Assembly (NCBI GenBank): GCA_031459625.1 | Contig: JAVKIH010000004.1 | Location: 10,588 to 74,587, forward strand | DNA length: 64,000 bases | Reading direction: 5' to 3' | From: Candidatus Geohabitans tengchongensis | GTDB lineage: Bacteria; Sysuimicrobiota; Sysuimicrobiia; Sysuimicrobiales; Humicultoraceae | Program-made: the position numbers and the translations under genes | Part shown: one piece after another, positions 21,321 to 30,343 of the stretch | Layout: each line of letters starts with the position of its first letter | Position numbering within the stretch: the stretch's first letter is position 1 | Notes under the pieces: generated by a model | Told to the model about the DNA's origin: nothing | The model's input: only the letters and a program-made list of their open reading frames with translations | The model's database searches: none

Positions 21321-22287
21321 TCACCCTGACCAGGCTTGCGCCAGCCTGATCTCCTCCGTGCGCCGTTCGTAACCTCTGGACGGCGGCAGTCCGGCTTGCA
21401 GGTGCCAGCGCACCGTCTCGGTGACCCAGCGGTCGATGGGCGTCCAGGGCAGGTCCAGGTCGTGCTGGATGGCGGCGATGTCGAGGAGGAACTGTCGGGC
21501 GAAGGTGGGCCGATACCAGGGCGCCGCATCGCGGAGCCTGGGCTCGGGCACCGTCACGACCGGATCCGGTCGGTCGAGCGCGGCCGCCACCAGGCGGACG
21601 AAATCCTCCAGGGCCACCACCTCCGGCATGGCGACGTTGTAGGTCGCCTTGCGCGCACGCGGATGGCCGGCGGCGGCGACCACGGCGCGGGCAACGTCGC
21701 CGCTGTAGGCCTGCCGCCAGACTACCGCCGGGTAGCGCTGTGGGACGAGCACCGGGCCTCCGTCCGCCACGCGCTGGATCCAGAACCAGCCGCGCAGCGT
21801 GGGATCGTGCGGCCCCTGGATGATGAGCGGGCGGAAGACCGTGTACGGGACACCCGCCTGAGCGCCCAGGACCTGCTCGCAGGCTCGCTTCCCTTCCGCC
21901 ATAGGGGAGATCACCGCGCAGCGCCAGGTTGGCGTCTCCCTCAGCCAGCGGGCGGAAGGTCGCCGGCGGCTCGAGGTCGGGGTAGACCGCCCCGCTGCTC
22001 ATGAGGACGTAGTGGCCGATCCCGCCCCGCAGCACGCTCAAGACTGTCTCGACGTGAGTTCCCTCGAAGGCGACCATGTCGACGACCACGTCGAAGGTGC
22101 GGCCGCGCAGGCGGGCGCCCAGCTCGCCGGGGATGGTCCGGTCCGCGGCCAGGTGCTCGATGCGGGGCCAGAACGGCGGACGACGCCGGCCCCGGCTGAG
22201 CACGGTCACATGGTCGCCGCGGTCGAGGAACAGCTCGACGATCCGCCGACCGACGAAGGTCGTGCCGCCGATGACCAGGGTCCGCAT
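21321..22287 (-). pseudogene. NAD-dependent epimerase/dehydratase with a +1 frameshift (or sequencing error)
   Basis: GGTTFVG Rossmann motif in one frame and the C-terminal half in another; removing one G at 21899-21900 restores YAEGK (YxxxK). Length 967 = 3n+1. Confidence 0.8.
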
Positions 22288-22327
22288 GGCGGAGAACATC
22301 GCCTTTGATGATAGGATGAAACGGGTC

Positions 22328-23107
22328 ATGGAGCTCGTCGACACGCACGCCCACCTGGACGACGAGGCCTTCGCCGCCGACCTGGACGACGTCGTCGCCC
22401 GCGCGGCCGCGGCCGGGGTGAGCCTCATCGTCACCGTCGGGACCGACCCGGAGTCGTCTGCGCAGGCCGTGGCCCTGGCCCGTCGCCATCCGCAGGTGCG
22501 GGCGGCCGTGGGCATCCATCCGCATGAGGCCGGCCGGCACGCCCCCGATGCGGTGGCCGGCCTGCAGGACGTCCTCCGGTTCCCCGAGGTGGTGGCGGTG
22601 GGCGAGACCGGACTGGACCACTACCGGGACTATGCGCCGCGGGCCGCCCAGGCGGCCCTCTTCCGAGCGCACCTGGCGCTGGCTGCGGAGACCGGACATC
22701 CGGTGATCGTCCACTGCCGCGAGGCGCACGGCGCGGTCCTCGGGGTTCTGGCCGAGTATCCCGGCCTCTGCGTGGTGATGCACGCCTTCTCGGGGTCCCT
22801 CGAGGTGGCGCGGGAGTGCCTGCGCCGCGGCTACTACCTCTCCTTCGCCGGACCGGTGACCTTCCCGAACGCCCGGGGGCTGCTGGACGTGGCCCGGTTG
22901 GTACCGCGCGATCGGCTGCTGCTGGAGACCGATGCCCCCTACCTCACCCCCCACCCGCACCGGGGACATCGCAACGAGCCGGCCTTCGTGCGGCTGGTCG
23001 TGGAGCGGCTGGCCGCGCTCCGTGGAGAGGCGGTGGAGCGGCTGGCCGAGGCGGTGCTGACCAACGCGCGCAGGGTGTTCGGTGGCGTGGCGGTGACGGC
23101 ACCGTGA
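22328..23107 (+). CDS. tatD: TatD-family nuclease
   Basis: DTHAHL, GIHPH, VGETGLD, VHCREA, LLETDAPYL and RNEPA motifs. Confidence 0.95.
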   Translation: MELVDTHAHLDDEAFAADLDDVVARAAAAGVSLIVTVGTDPESSAQAVALARRHPQVRAAVGIHPHEAGRHAPDAVAGLQDVLRFPEVVAVGETGLDHYRDYAPRAAQAALFRAHLALAAETGHPVIVHCREAHGAVLGVLAEYPGLCVVMHAFSGSLEVARECLRRGYYLSFAGPVTFPNARGLLDVARLVPRDRLLLETDAPYLTPHPHRGHRNEPAFVRLVVERLAALRGEAVERLAEAVLTNARRVFGGVAVTAP

Positions 23108-24249
23108 AGCTGCACGCATCCACCGCCACTGCCGCCCGCGCCGGCGTCCGCCCGGTCGGGGCATCTCCATGCGTCGGTCGGTCCGTTCCGGTGGTGCTGG
23201 TCCTCGTCCTTGCGCTGGCGGCCGGCGCAGGTGCCGCCGTCCCCCCGCCATCCCCGCAGGAGGTGCAGGTCGGCCAGCAGGCGGCCCGGGAGATCGAGAG
23301 CCGCTACCGGGTCGTCCCCGCGGGCCCGGCCGTCGAGCGGGTGCGCCGGGTGGGGCAGGCCGTCGCCGCCGCGGCCGACCGGCCGGGCGTGACCTACCTC
23401 TTTAAGGTCATCGAGCTCGATGTCCCCAACGCCGTGGCGCTGCCGGGCGGCTTCGTCTACGTGACGACGGCGATGCTGGCCTTGGTCCGCAGCGACCACG
23501 AGCTGGCCGCCGTCCTGGCCCACGAGATCGCCCACGTGGCCCACGGGCACTGGATGGAGCTCTCCCGCCGACAGAACCGGACCGCCCTGCTCACCCTCAT
23601 CCTGGCCGCCCTCACGCGCGACGCCGCGGTGGCCCAGGGGATGCACCTGGCCAGCCTCGGGATCCTGGCCCACTACACGCGCGAGATGGAGCGCGACGCC
23701 GACCTCACCGCCATCACCTACCTACAGCGCACCCCCTATACCCCCGTCGCCGTCCTCACGCTCATGGAGCGCATCGCCCGCCTGGAGCAGTACCGGGCCA
23801 GCGTGGACCCCGGCGCCTTCGCCGACCACCCCACCAGCGCCGAGCGCGTCGCCTACATCGAGGCGGAGCTGCGCCGCCGCGGGATCCCCATCGTGCGCCG
23901 CCTCAGCGCCAACTACCTGCGCCTGGCGGTGCGCGAGACCGACGGCGCGGCGGAACTGCTGGTGAACGAGACGGTGATCGTCCGCCTGCCCGACGCCGAG
24001 CGGGTGCGGGAGGCGGCCCGCCGCCTCGACCCGCTCTTCAACGCCGACCTCCAGCCCTACGAGGTGGGGGTGCGGGAGGACGGGAGCGGCGCCTGGGCCG
24101 TGACCGCCCGGGGGCGTCCGGTGCTGGTCCTGACACCGCAGGACGCCGTCCGCGCCGGCACCAGCGCCCGCGACCTGGCCTCGCAGGTCCAGAGCCGGCT
24201 GCGCGAGGTCATCGCCGCCGACATCCGCTGGCGGAAGCTCAACGGGTGA
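23104..24249 (+). CDS. M48-family metalloprotease, exported
   Basis: PNAVALPGG, AHEIAH (HEXXH), ERDAD and DHPTSAER; hydrophobic signal region. Confidence 0.9.
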   Translation: MKLHASTATAARAGVRPVGASPCVGRSVPVVLVLVLALAAGAGAAVPPPSPQEVQVGQQAAREIESRYRVVPAGPAVERVRRVGQAVAAAADRPGVTYLFKVIELDVPNAVALPGGFVYVTTAMLALVRSDHELAAVLAHEIAHVAHGHWMELSRRQNRTALLTLILAALTRDAAVAQGMHLASLGILAHYTREMERDADLTAITYLQRTPYTPVAVLTLMERIARLEQYRASVDPGAFADHPTSAERVAYIEAELRRRGIPIVRRLSANYLRLAVRETDGAAELLVNETVIVRLPDAERVREAARRLDPLFNADLQPYEVGVREDGSGAWAVTARGRPVLVLTPQDAVRAGTSARDLASQVQSRLREVIAADIRWRKLNG

Positions 24250-24968
24250 GCCGCCGCGTCCACGTCGCCTACACACCGCGCGAGCTCGACGGGCCCATGG
24301 ACGTGGCCATCGTCGTGGACGTCATCCGGGCCAGCACCACCATCGTCACGCTGGTGGAGCGCGGCTGCCGTCCGCTGCTGCTGTCCGCGACCGTCCACCG
24401 GGCGCGCCAGGCTCGCGCCGCCGCCCCCGACCTCCTGCTGATCGGCGAGCAGGGCGCGCTGCCGCCGGAGGGCTTCGACCTGGGCAACTCTCCCGTGGAG
24501 GTGGCCCGCGCCGCGGTGGCGGGACGCGGCGCGGCGCTGGTCACGACGAACGGGGTTCCGGCCATCCACGCCGCGGCGCAGGCGGGCACGGTGCTGGTGG
24601 GGTGCCTGCGCAACGCCCGGGCCGTGGCGGAGGCGGCGTGGGCGGCCGCGCCGGAGGGCGGGGAGATCGTCATCGTCTGCGCCGGCCGCGCCGAGAACCC
24701 GGGGGGCTTCGGGCTGGACGACGCCTACGGCGCCGGGGTGCTGGTCGGGCGCCTCCAGGGGCTCGGGGCGACGACGCTCACCGACGCCGCCGAGGCCGCG
24801 CGCCTGCTCACCGTGGCCGAGCCTGACCCGCTGGCGCTGTTCCGCCGTTCGGCGGCGGGGCGCAACGTCACCCGGCTCGGCCTGGCCGACGACGTCGTCT
24901 TCTGCGCCGAGGTCGACCGGACGACGGTTGTGCCGCGGGTGGGGGTGGACCTGGTCCTGCTCTCCTGA
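24246..24968 (+). CDS. comB: 2-phosphosulfolactate phosphatase family
   Basis: VDVIRASTT, GFDLGNSP, TTNG and LRNARAV motifs. Confidence 0.9.
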   Translation: MSRRVHVAYTPRELDGPMDVAIVVDVIRASTTIVTLVERGCRPLLLSATVHRARQARAAAPDLLLIGEQGALPPEGFDLGNSPVEVARAAVAGRGAALVTTNGVPAIHAAAQAGTVLVGCLRNARAVAEAAWAAAPEGGEIVIVCAGRAENPGGFGLDDAYGAGVLVGRLQGLGATTLTDAAEAARLLTVAEPDPLALFRRSAAGRNVTRLGLADDVVFCAEVDRTTVVPRVGVDLVLLS

Positions 24969-25046
24969 CTGCCGGCGGCACGGGCGAGCGCGTGACGGGT
25001 GCGCCTGCCGCAGGGCCTCGAGGCCCGGGTCGTGGGGAGGCACAGG

Positions 25047-26108
25047 ATGCGCTGGCTCGGGATCCTGGCGTTCGTCACCATCCTGCCGCTCACGTCTGCG
25101 GTGCTCCGTCCTGCTGCGGCGGTGCCCACCCTGGGCGCCGGGTTCACCATCCGGGTGACCGGCGACATCGTCATCCCCGGGGGCACCACGATGGTCGGCA
25201 CGGTCGTCACGCTCAACGGCAACATCACGGTGGACGGGCGGCTGGAGGGGGATGCCGTCACACTGAACGGCGACATCGGTGTACGCGGCGAGGTCACCGG
25301 ATCGGTCCGCACCCTGAACGGCTCGGTGACCGTGTACGGCACCGGCGGGGTGGGCGGCGACGCCACCGCCTTCAACGGCGTGGTGACGGTCCTGCCGGGC
25401 GGCCACGTGGCAGGACAGGTGCGGCGTGGTGTCTTCCACCCCGCCACCCCGACGCCGTCCCCTGGGGTCATGCCGCCTCCGGGAGTGACGCCACCCGCCC
25501 TTCCACCGGCCCCACCGCCGGTGGCCACCCCCGCGCCCCCGCCGCCAGCGGCTGTGCCGCCGCCCTTCGACACGTACCGGGAGGAGTGGTGGCGGCCGCT
25601 GCAGGTCCTCTTCTTCGTCTTCAAGCTCTCGGTCCTGGTGGTGCTGGGAGGCCTCGGGGTCTTGCTGGTGGGGCTGCTTCCCGACACCTTCGTGCGTCTG
25701 GCCGAGACCCTCCAGGCCTGGCCGCTGCACACCCTGCTCGCCGGCGTCGGGTGGTGGGTGGCGCTGGCGGCGGGGGCGGTGGTGCTGGCGGTGAGCCTGG
25801 TGGGCATCCCGCTGCTCTTCCTGCTGCCAGCGCTCGTGGGGGCACTCTCGCTGGTCGGCTACGCCACCGTGGCCTTCTGGGTGGGACGGCGGTTGCAGAC
25901 GGGGGCGCCGCGTCCGCTGCGTCAGGCGGCCATGGGGGCGGTGGTGGTCGGGCTCGTGGCGCTGATGCCGGTGGTGGGGAACGTGGTACTGGGGCTGACG
26001 CTCACGTGGGGGATCGGCACGGTCCTGGCGGCGGTCTACCGGGCGGTGCGGCGACCGCCGCCGGCACCCACTGCGCCGGCCCCTTCGCCGCCGCAGCCGA
26101 TGGTATAA
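25047..26108 (+). CDS. Membrane protein with bactofilin-like beta-helix repeats and a Pro-rich linker
   Basis: Signal peptide; repeated G-x-V-x-T-L-N-G-x-I/V-x-V units; PAPPP linker; several C-terminal TM segments. Confidence 0.75.
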   Translation: MRWLGILAFVTILPLTSAVLRPAAAVPTLGAGFTIRVTGDIVIPGGTTMVGTVVTLNGNITVDGRLEGDAVTLNGDIGVRGEVTGSVRTLNGSVTVYGTGGVGGDATAFNGVVTVLPGGHVAGQVRRGVFHPATPTPSPGVMPPPGVTPPALPPAPPPVATPAPPPPAAVPPPFDTYREEWWRPLQVLFFVFKLSVLVVLGGLGVLLVGLLPDTFVRLAETLQAWPLHTLLAGVGWWVALAAGAVVLAVSLVGIPLLFLLPALVGALSLVGYATVAFWVGRRLQTGAPRPLRQAAMGAVVVGLVALMPVVGNVVLGLTLTWGIGTVLAAVYRAVRRPPPAPTAPAPSPPQPMV

Positions 26109-26109
26109 T
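26101..26109 (+). promoter_or_regulatory. Extended -10 promoter for tRNA-Arg
   Basis: TGGTATAAT ending 12 nt upstream of the tRNA. Confidence 0.7.
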
Positions 26110-26121
26110 GAACCTGCCTAC

Positions 26122-26197
26122 GCGCCCGTAGCTCAGCGGAGAGAGCGTTGGCCTCCGGAGCCAAAGGTCGGGGGTTCAAATCCCTCCGGGCGCGCCA
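26122..26197 (+). tRNA. tRNA-Arg(CCG)
   Basis: GCGCCCG acceptor stem, anticodon arm TTGGC-CTCCGGA-GCCAA, GGTTCAAATCC T-loop, encoded CCA. Confidence 0.97.
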
Positions 26198-26218
26198 CCT
26201 GGCGAGACTCCCCGCTGT

Positions 26219-26878
26219 TCAACCCGCTCGCGCTGCGGCCAGGAGCTCCCGCGCCCGCCGCACCACGTTGACGATGTGCTCGGGCGACGGGGGTTCGCCG
26301 GCGCGGCCGAAGATCGACCCCCCCAGGGCCACGCCCACCGCCCCGGCGCGCACCATGGGAGCGATGCGATCCAGCGTCATGTTGCCCACCGCCACCGCCC
26401 TGAGCTGCGGGTACGGCCCCAGCAGCGCCCGCAGGTAGTCGGGCCCCAGCAGGCCGGCCGGGAAGAGCTTCTGGAGGTCGATGCCCGAGCGCAGCGCCAG
26501 CCCCACCTCCGTCGGCGTCGTCACGCCCGGCAGGTAGAGCGCATCAGCTCGTCGCGCCTCCTCAGCCACATCGGGAAACCACCCGGGGGAGACGAGGTAC
26601 TGCGCGCCGGCCTGCAGGGCCCGCTGCGCCTCCTCGACGGTGACGATGGTGCCCGCCCCCACCCGCAGGTGGGGCGCATAGGTCTCGCTGAGCCAGCCCA
26701 GCAGGTCGAAGGCGCCCCGTTCCACCGTGACCTCGACGAAGCGGACCCCGGCGCGGAGGAGCGCATCGACGATGGTCGCCACGCCGCCCCGGTCGAAACC
26801 CCGCAGGATGGCCAGCAGCCCGTCGGCCAGCAGTTCCTCCCGCAGCACGGCCGCCGTCGGCCGGTCCGCTCCGGTCAG
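26219..26878 (-). CDS. eda: KDPG/KHG aldolase family
   Basis: LAILRG, VEVT, VGAGTI, YLVSPG, PGVTTPTE and KLFPA motifs. Start is CTG 26878 (behind GAGGAGG) or GTG 26848. Confidence 0.88.
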   Translation of the reverse strand: MTGADRPTAAVLREELLADGLLAILRGFDRGGVATIVDALLRAGVRFVEVTVERGAFDLLGWLSETYAPHLRVGAGTIVTVEEAQRALQAGAQYLVSPGWFPDVAEEARRADALYLPGVTTPTEVGLALRSGIDLQKLFPAGLLGPDYLRALLGPYPQLRAVAVGNMTLDRIAPMVRAGAVGVALGGSIFGRAGEPPSPEHIVNVVRRARELLAAARAG

Positions 26879-27642
26879 CGGGGCGCCTCCTCGGGCACGA
26901 TGCCGTGACGCCGGAGGAAACTGGTCCACGCGTCGGCCACGGCGTCGACGATCTGCTGGAGCCATCGCTCGCCCTTCTCCCGGCTGGCCCGGGTGGCGTC
27001 GCCGAACACCCCTGTCTGTGCCAGATCCCCCATGCTGGTGACCGTCTTCCCATAGTCGGGGGGAATCGGAGGGTAGTCGCGGACCGCCCGATCCAGGTGG
27101 ACCAGGTCCGGGCGCACCGCAAGCATCAAGGAGGTCTCGACCTCCTCGGCGTGTAGCTCGTACGCCCCCAGCCAGAGCGGGCTCTCCGCTTCCTGGACCG
27201 CCTGCCCCCACCCCAGGCAGGTGCCGTAGAGGACGGCCACGCGGGAGCTGTCGGCCAGGTCGCGCACGACGTACTTCAGCGGCGCCTGGTTCGCGCCGTG
27301 CCCGCTCAGGATGAGCATGGCCCGCACCCCCCCGCGCTCCAGACTCCGAACGATATCCTCGATCAGCCGGGCGAAGGTGGCGGTGCCGATCCAGGGCGAG
27401 CCGGGGAAGGTCCGCCAGACCCAGGAGTAGGTGATGGGCAGAGCCGGCAGCAGGTACCCCGCTGTGCGCTCGGCCACGCGGCGGCAGATCGCCTCCGCCA
27501 GGATCGTGTCGGTGGCCTGCGGCAGGTGCGGTCCGTGCTGCTCGGTGGCGCCCAGCGGGAGGATGGCCGCCGGCACGCGCGCCAGGTAGGCTCGGGCCTC
27601 CTCCCAGGTGGCGGTGGCGGCGTCGAGGAAGCGCGGCGTCAT
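26875..27642 (-). CDS. Creatininase-family amidohydrolase
   Basis: PLGATEQHGPHLPQATD, SGHGAN, HAEEVETS and GVFGD motifs. Confidence 0.92.
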   Translation of the reverse strand: MTPRFLDAATATWEEARAYLARVPAAILPLGATEQHGPHLPQATDTILAEAICRRVAERTAGYLLPALPITYSWVWRTFPGSPWIGTATFARLIEDIVRSLERGGVRAMLILSGHGANQAPLKYVVRDLADSSRVAVLYGTCLGWGQAVQEAESPLWLGAYELHAEEVETSLMLAVRPDLVHLDRAVRDYPPIPPDYGKTVTSMGDLAQTGVFGDATRASREKGERWLQQIVDAVADAWTSFLRRHGIVPEEAPR

Positions 27643-28475
27643 GGACGTTCCTGTGTGGAGGAGGACGGCGGGGTGGTCGACGGCTGCGTCTCCCCCCGGG
27701 CGTAGACGGCATGGGCCGTCTCCAGGTCGGCGCGGTACGCCGGCACCGTCCGCCACCACAGGTCCGAGAGCGACAGCCCCGTGAGCGTCCCGGGGGCGAG
27801 GGCCGCCAGGAAGATGGCCGGCTCGTGGAGGACCTCCGGCGGGTCGAGATCGGTCCGCGCCTCCGCAGGCAGGTGGGCGAAGAAGCCCGTATCCAGCTTC
27901 GTGAACGGACAGAGGCTGTTCACGTTGATACGGTGCGGGCGGAGTTCCTTGGCCAGCACATCGGTGAGCGCCTCCAGGGCGGCCTTGGAGGCGCAGTAGG
28001 CGGCGTCGCCCGCTTGGCCCATCCGCCACCAGCCGAGCAGGGAAGTGACGTTGATGATGTTCCCCCGCCGCCGGGCGCGCATGGAGGGAATCACGGCCTG
28101 GGCGCACAGGAAGGCCCCGGTGACGTTCACCCGCAGGATCCGCTCCCAGACCGCCAGGGGCAGGTCGCTGACCTGGCGGTGCTCCGAGTCCGTGACGCCC
28201 GCGTTGTTCACCAGGACGTCGATGGGGCCCAGGGTCTCCTCGGTCCGCCGGACGGCCCGGCGCACCTGCTCGGGGTCGGTGACGTCGGCGGCCAGGCCCA
28301 GGGCGACGCCGCCGCGCGCAGCAATCGCGGAGGCCGTGGCCTCCGCGCCGTCACCGCGCAGGTCCACGCCGGCCACCCGGGCCCCTTCGGCGGCGAACGC
28401 CAGTGCCAGGGAGCGTCCGATCCCGCTGGCCGTGCCGGTGATGAGGGCGACCTTCCCGGCCAGCCGTCCCGTCAT
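27639..28475 (-). CDS. SDR-family oxidoreductase
   Basis: TGTASGIG, NNAG and YCASK motifs. Confidence 0.93.
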   Translation of the reverse strand: MTGRLAGKVALITGTASGIGRSLALAFAAEGARVAGVDLRGDGAEATASAIAARGGVALGLAADVTDPEQVRRAVRRTEETLGPIDVLVNNAGVTDSEHRQVSDLPLAVWERILRVNVTGAFLCAQAVIPSMRARRRGNIINVTSLLGWWRMGQAGDAAYCASKAALEALTDVLAKELRPHRINVNSLCPFTKLDTGFFAHLPAEARTDLDPPEVLHEPAIFLAALAPGTLTGLSLSDLWWRTVPAYRADLETAHAVYARGETQPSTTPPSSSTQERP

Positions 28476-28520
28476 CGTCTCACCGCCCCTCCGTCCGGTC
28501 CCCCGCCGTGCCGCCGTTCC

Positions 28521-29417
28521 TCATTGGACGGCCCCCAGCGTCAGCCCCTGCGTGATGTGGCGCTGGACGAGGAAGACCAGCCCAAACGCCGGGGCCATGG
28601 CGCCGGACGAGACCGCGCAGATCAGCGGCCAGTCGAAGGACATGGTCCCCGCCAGCGAGGCCACCAGCGCCGGCACGGTCTGGGCCTCGGTCGACGTAAG
28701 GATGAAGGCCAGGACGAACTCGTTCCACGAGAAGACGAAGATGAGGATCGCCACCGCCACGACCATGGGGAGCGCCGGAGGGATGACGGCGAAGCGCAGG
28801 ACCTGCCATCGGGTCGCCCCGTCGACCAGAGCCGCCTCCTCCAGCTCCGGCGGCAGGTGTTCGAAGTACCGCATGAGCAGCCAGATGGCAAAGGGCAGGT
28901 TGAAGGCCAGGTGGGCCAGGGTGACGGCCAGCCGGGTGTCCAGCAACCCCAGGAGGCGCATCATCGTGTAGACGGGGACGACGACCCCGAAGGCCGGAGC
29001 CATGCGGGTGGAGAGGACCCAGAAGGCCAGGCGCTCCTTGCCCGGCCCCCGCAGCCGCGCCAGCGCGTAGGCCGTCGGCAACGCCAGCCCTAGGGCCACG
29101 ACGATGTTGCTGGTCGCCACGAGGACGCTGGTGCCGAACGGCTGGAGGATCCCGGCGGTGAAGACCTTCTCCCACGCGTCCCAGGTCGGGGAGAAGAGCA
29201 GGCGCGGCGGCACGGCCAGCGCGTCCTGCCGGGTCTTGAACGACGAGAGCCACAGCCAGAGGAGCGGGAAGAGGATGAAGATCAGGTAGCCGACCAGGAA
29301 GGCGTAGAGGCCGAGGCGGGCCGCCTGGCGCTGAATCTGTGCGGCGACGTCGGCCGCGGCCTGGCGGGGCAGGGAGAGCACTGCGGCGCGTCCGGCGCCG
29401 GCGGGATCAGACCGCAT
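28521..29417 (-). CDS. Carbohydrate ABC permease (MalG-like)
   Basis: EAA loop LEEAALVDGA; FSWNEF. Confidence 0.92.
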   Translation of the reverse strand: MRSDPAGAGRAAVLSLPRQAAADVAAQIQRQAARLGLYAFLVGYLIFILFPLLWLWLSSFKTRQDALAVPPRLLFSPTWDAWEKVFTAGILQPFGTSVLVATSNIVVALGLALPTAYALARLRGPGKERLAFWVLSTRMAPAFGVVVPVYTMMRLLGLLDTRLAVTLAHLAFNLPFAIWLLMRYFEHLPPELEEAALVDGATRWQVLRFAVIPPALPMVVAVAILIFVFSWNEFVLAFILTSTEAQTVPALVASLAGTMSFDWPLICAVSSGAMAPAFGLVFLVQRHITQGLTLGAVQ

Positions 29418-30288
29418 CGCGGGTCCGCTGGATGAGGGCACTGGCCCCCGCGACCGTGAGGAGCATCATGAACACCGCCAGCGCGGCCGCCTGGCCCAGG
29501 TCGAAGTAGGTGAAGCCGATCTTCCACCCCAGGATGGTCAGCGTCTGCGTGGCGGTGCCCGGACCGCCCTGCGTCATGACGAAGATGACGTCGAAGGTGT
29601 TGAGGGCATCCAGCACGCGCAGGATGAGCGCGACCACCAGCACGCCGCGCAGCAGCGGGAGGGTGATCAGGCGCAGCGTTGTCCAGAAGCCCGCCCCGTC
29701 GATCCGGGCGGCCTCGTAGAGGAACGGGGGGATGGCCTGCAGCCCGGCCAGCAGAATGAGGAACATGAAGGAGGTCTTGCTCCAGATGTCCGCCACGACC
29801 ACGGCCGCCATGGCCAGGCGTGGCGTGCCCAGGGGCGCCACCCCGATCCCCAGGCGGGGGAGGAGGAAGGCCCCGATGACGCCCACGTCGCTGCTGAAGA
29901 GGAACTTCCAGGCGAACCCGGCCACCACGGGCGGGACGATCAGCGGCAGCGTCAAGAGCGTGCGCATCAGCCCGCGCCCCCGCAGCGCCTCGGTGAGCGC
30001 CAGCGCCAGGGCCAGCCCCAAGCCAAGGCTGATCGCGGTCGAGGCGGTGACGAAGATCAACGTCGTCACGAGCGCCTCCCGGAAGCCGGGCGAGCGCAGG
30101 AGCAGCCGGAAGTTGTCCAGCCCCACGAACCCTCCGGGGGCCTGCACCTGGAGCCCCTGGGTGCTCATCCACAGCAGGTAGAGCCCCGGGAAGAGCGTGA
30201 CCGCCGCGAGGGCCAGGATGCCCGGGGCCAGCAGGGGGAGCCACTCTCGCTCCGGGGCGCGGTGGAGGGCGGCCGGCTGTACGCTCAT
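29407..30288 (-). CDS. Carbohydrate ABC permease (MalF-like)
   Basis: FVGLDNF, LYEAARIDGA and TQGGPG motifs. Confidence 0.92.
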   Translation of the reverse strand: MSVQPAALHRAPEREWLPLLAPGILALAAVTLFPGLYLLWMSTQGLQVQAPGGFVGLDNFRLLLRSPGFREALVTTLIFVTASTAISLGLGLALALALTEALRGRGLMRTLLTLPLIVPPVVAGFAWKFLFSSDVGVIGAFLLPRLGIGVAPLGTPRLAMAAVVVADIWSKTSFMFLILLAGLQAIPPFLYEAARIDGAGFWTTLRLITLPLLRGVLVVALILRVLDALNTFDVIFVMTQGGPGTATQTLTILGWKIGFTYFDLGQAAALAVFMMLLTVAGASALIQRTRDAV

Positions 30289-30310
30289 CGCATCCTCCAG
30301 GGCCGCCGGC

Positions 30311-30336
30311 GGGGGCGGGGAGCGCTCCCCGCCCCC
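30311..30336. other. Perfect 26-bp palindrome (stem-loop) between the binding-protein and permease genes
   Basis: GGGGGCGGGGAGCGCTCCCCGCCCCC; the position is typical of mRNA-stabilising hairpins after SBP genes. Confidence 0.65.
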
Positions 30337-30343
30337 CCGTGTC

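Noticed and set aside
24246..24968. Coenzyme M biosynthesis
   Set aside because: comB homologues are widespread on their own; no comA or comC in the window.
25150..25420. Periodic repeats of about 57 bp
   Set aside because: These are coding beta-helix repeats of the bactofilin-like protein, not an array.
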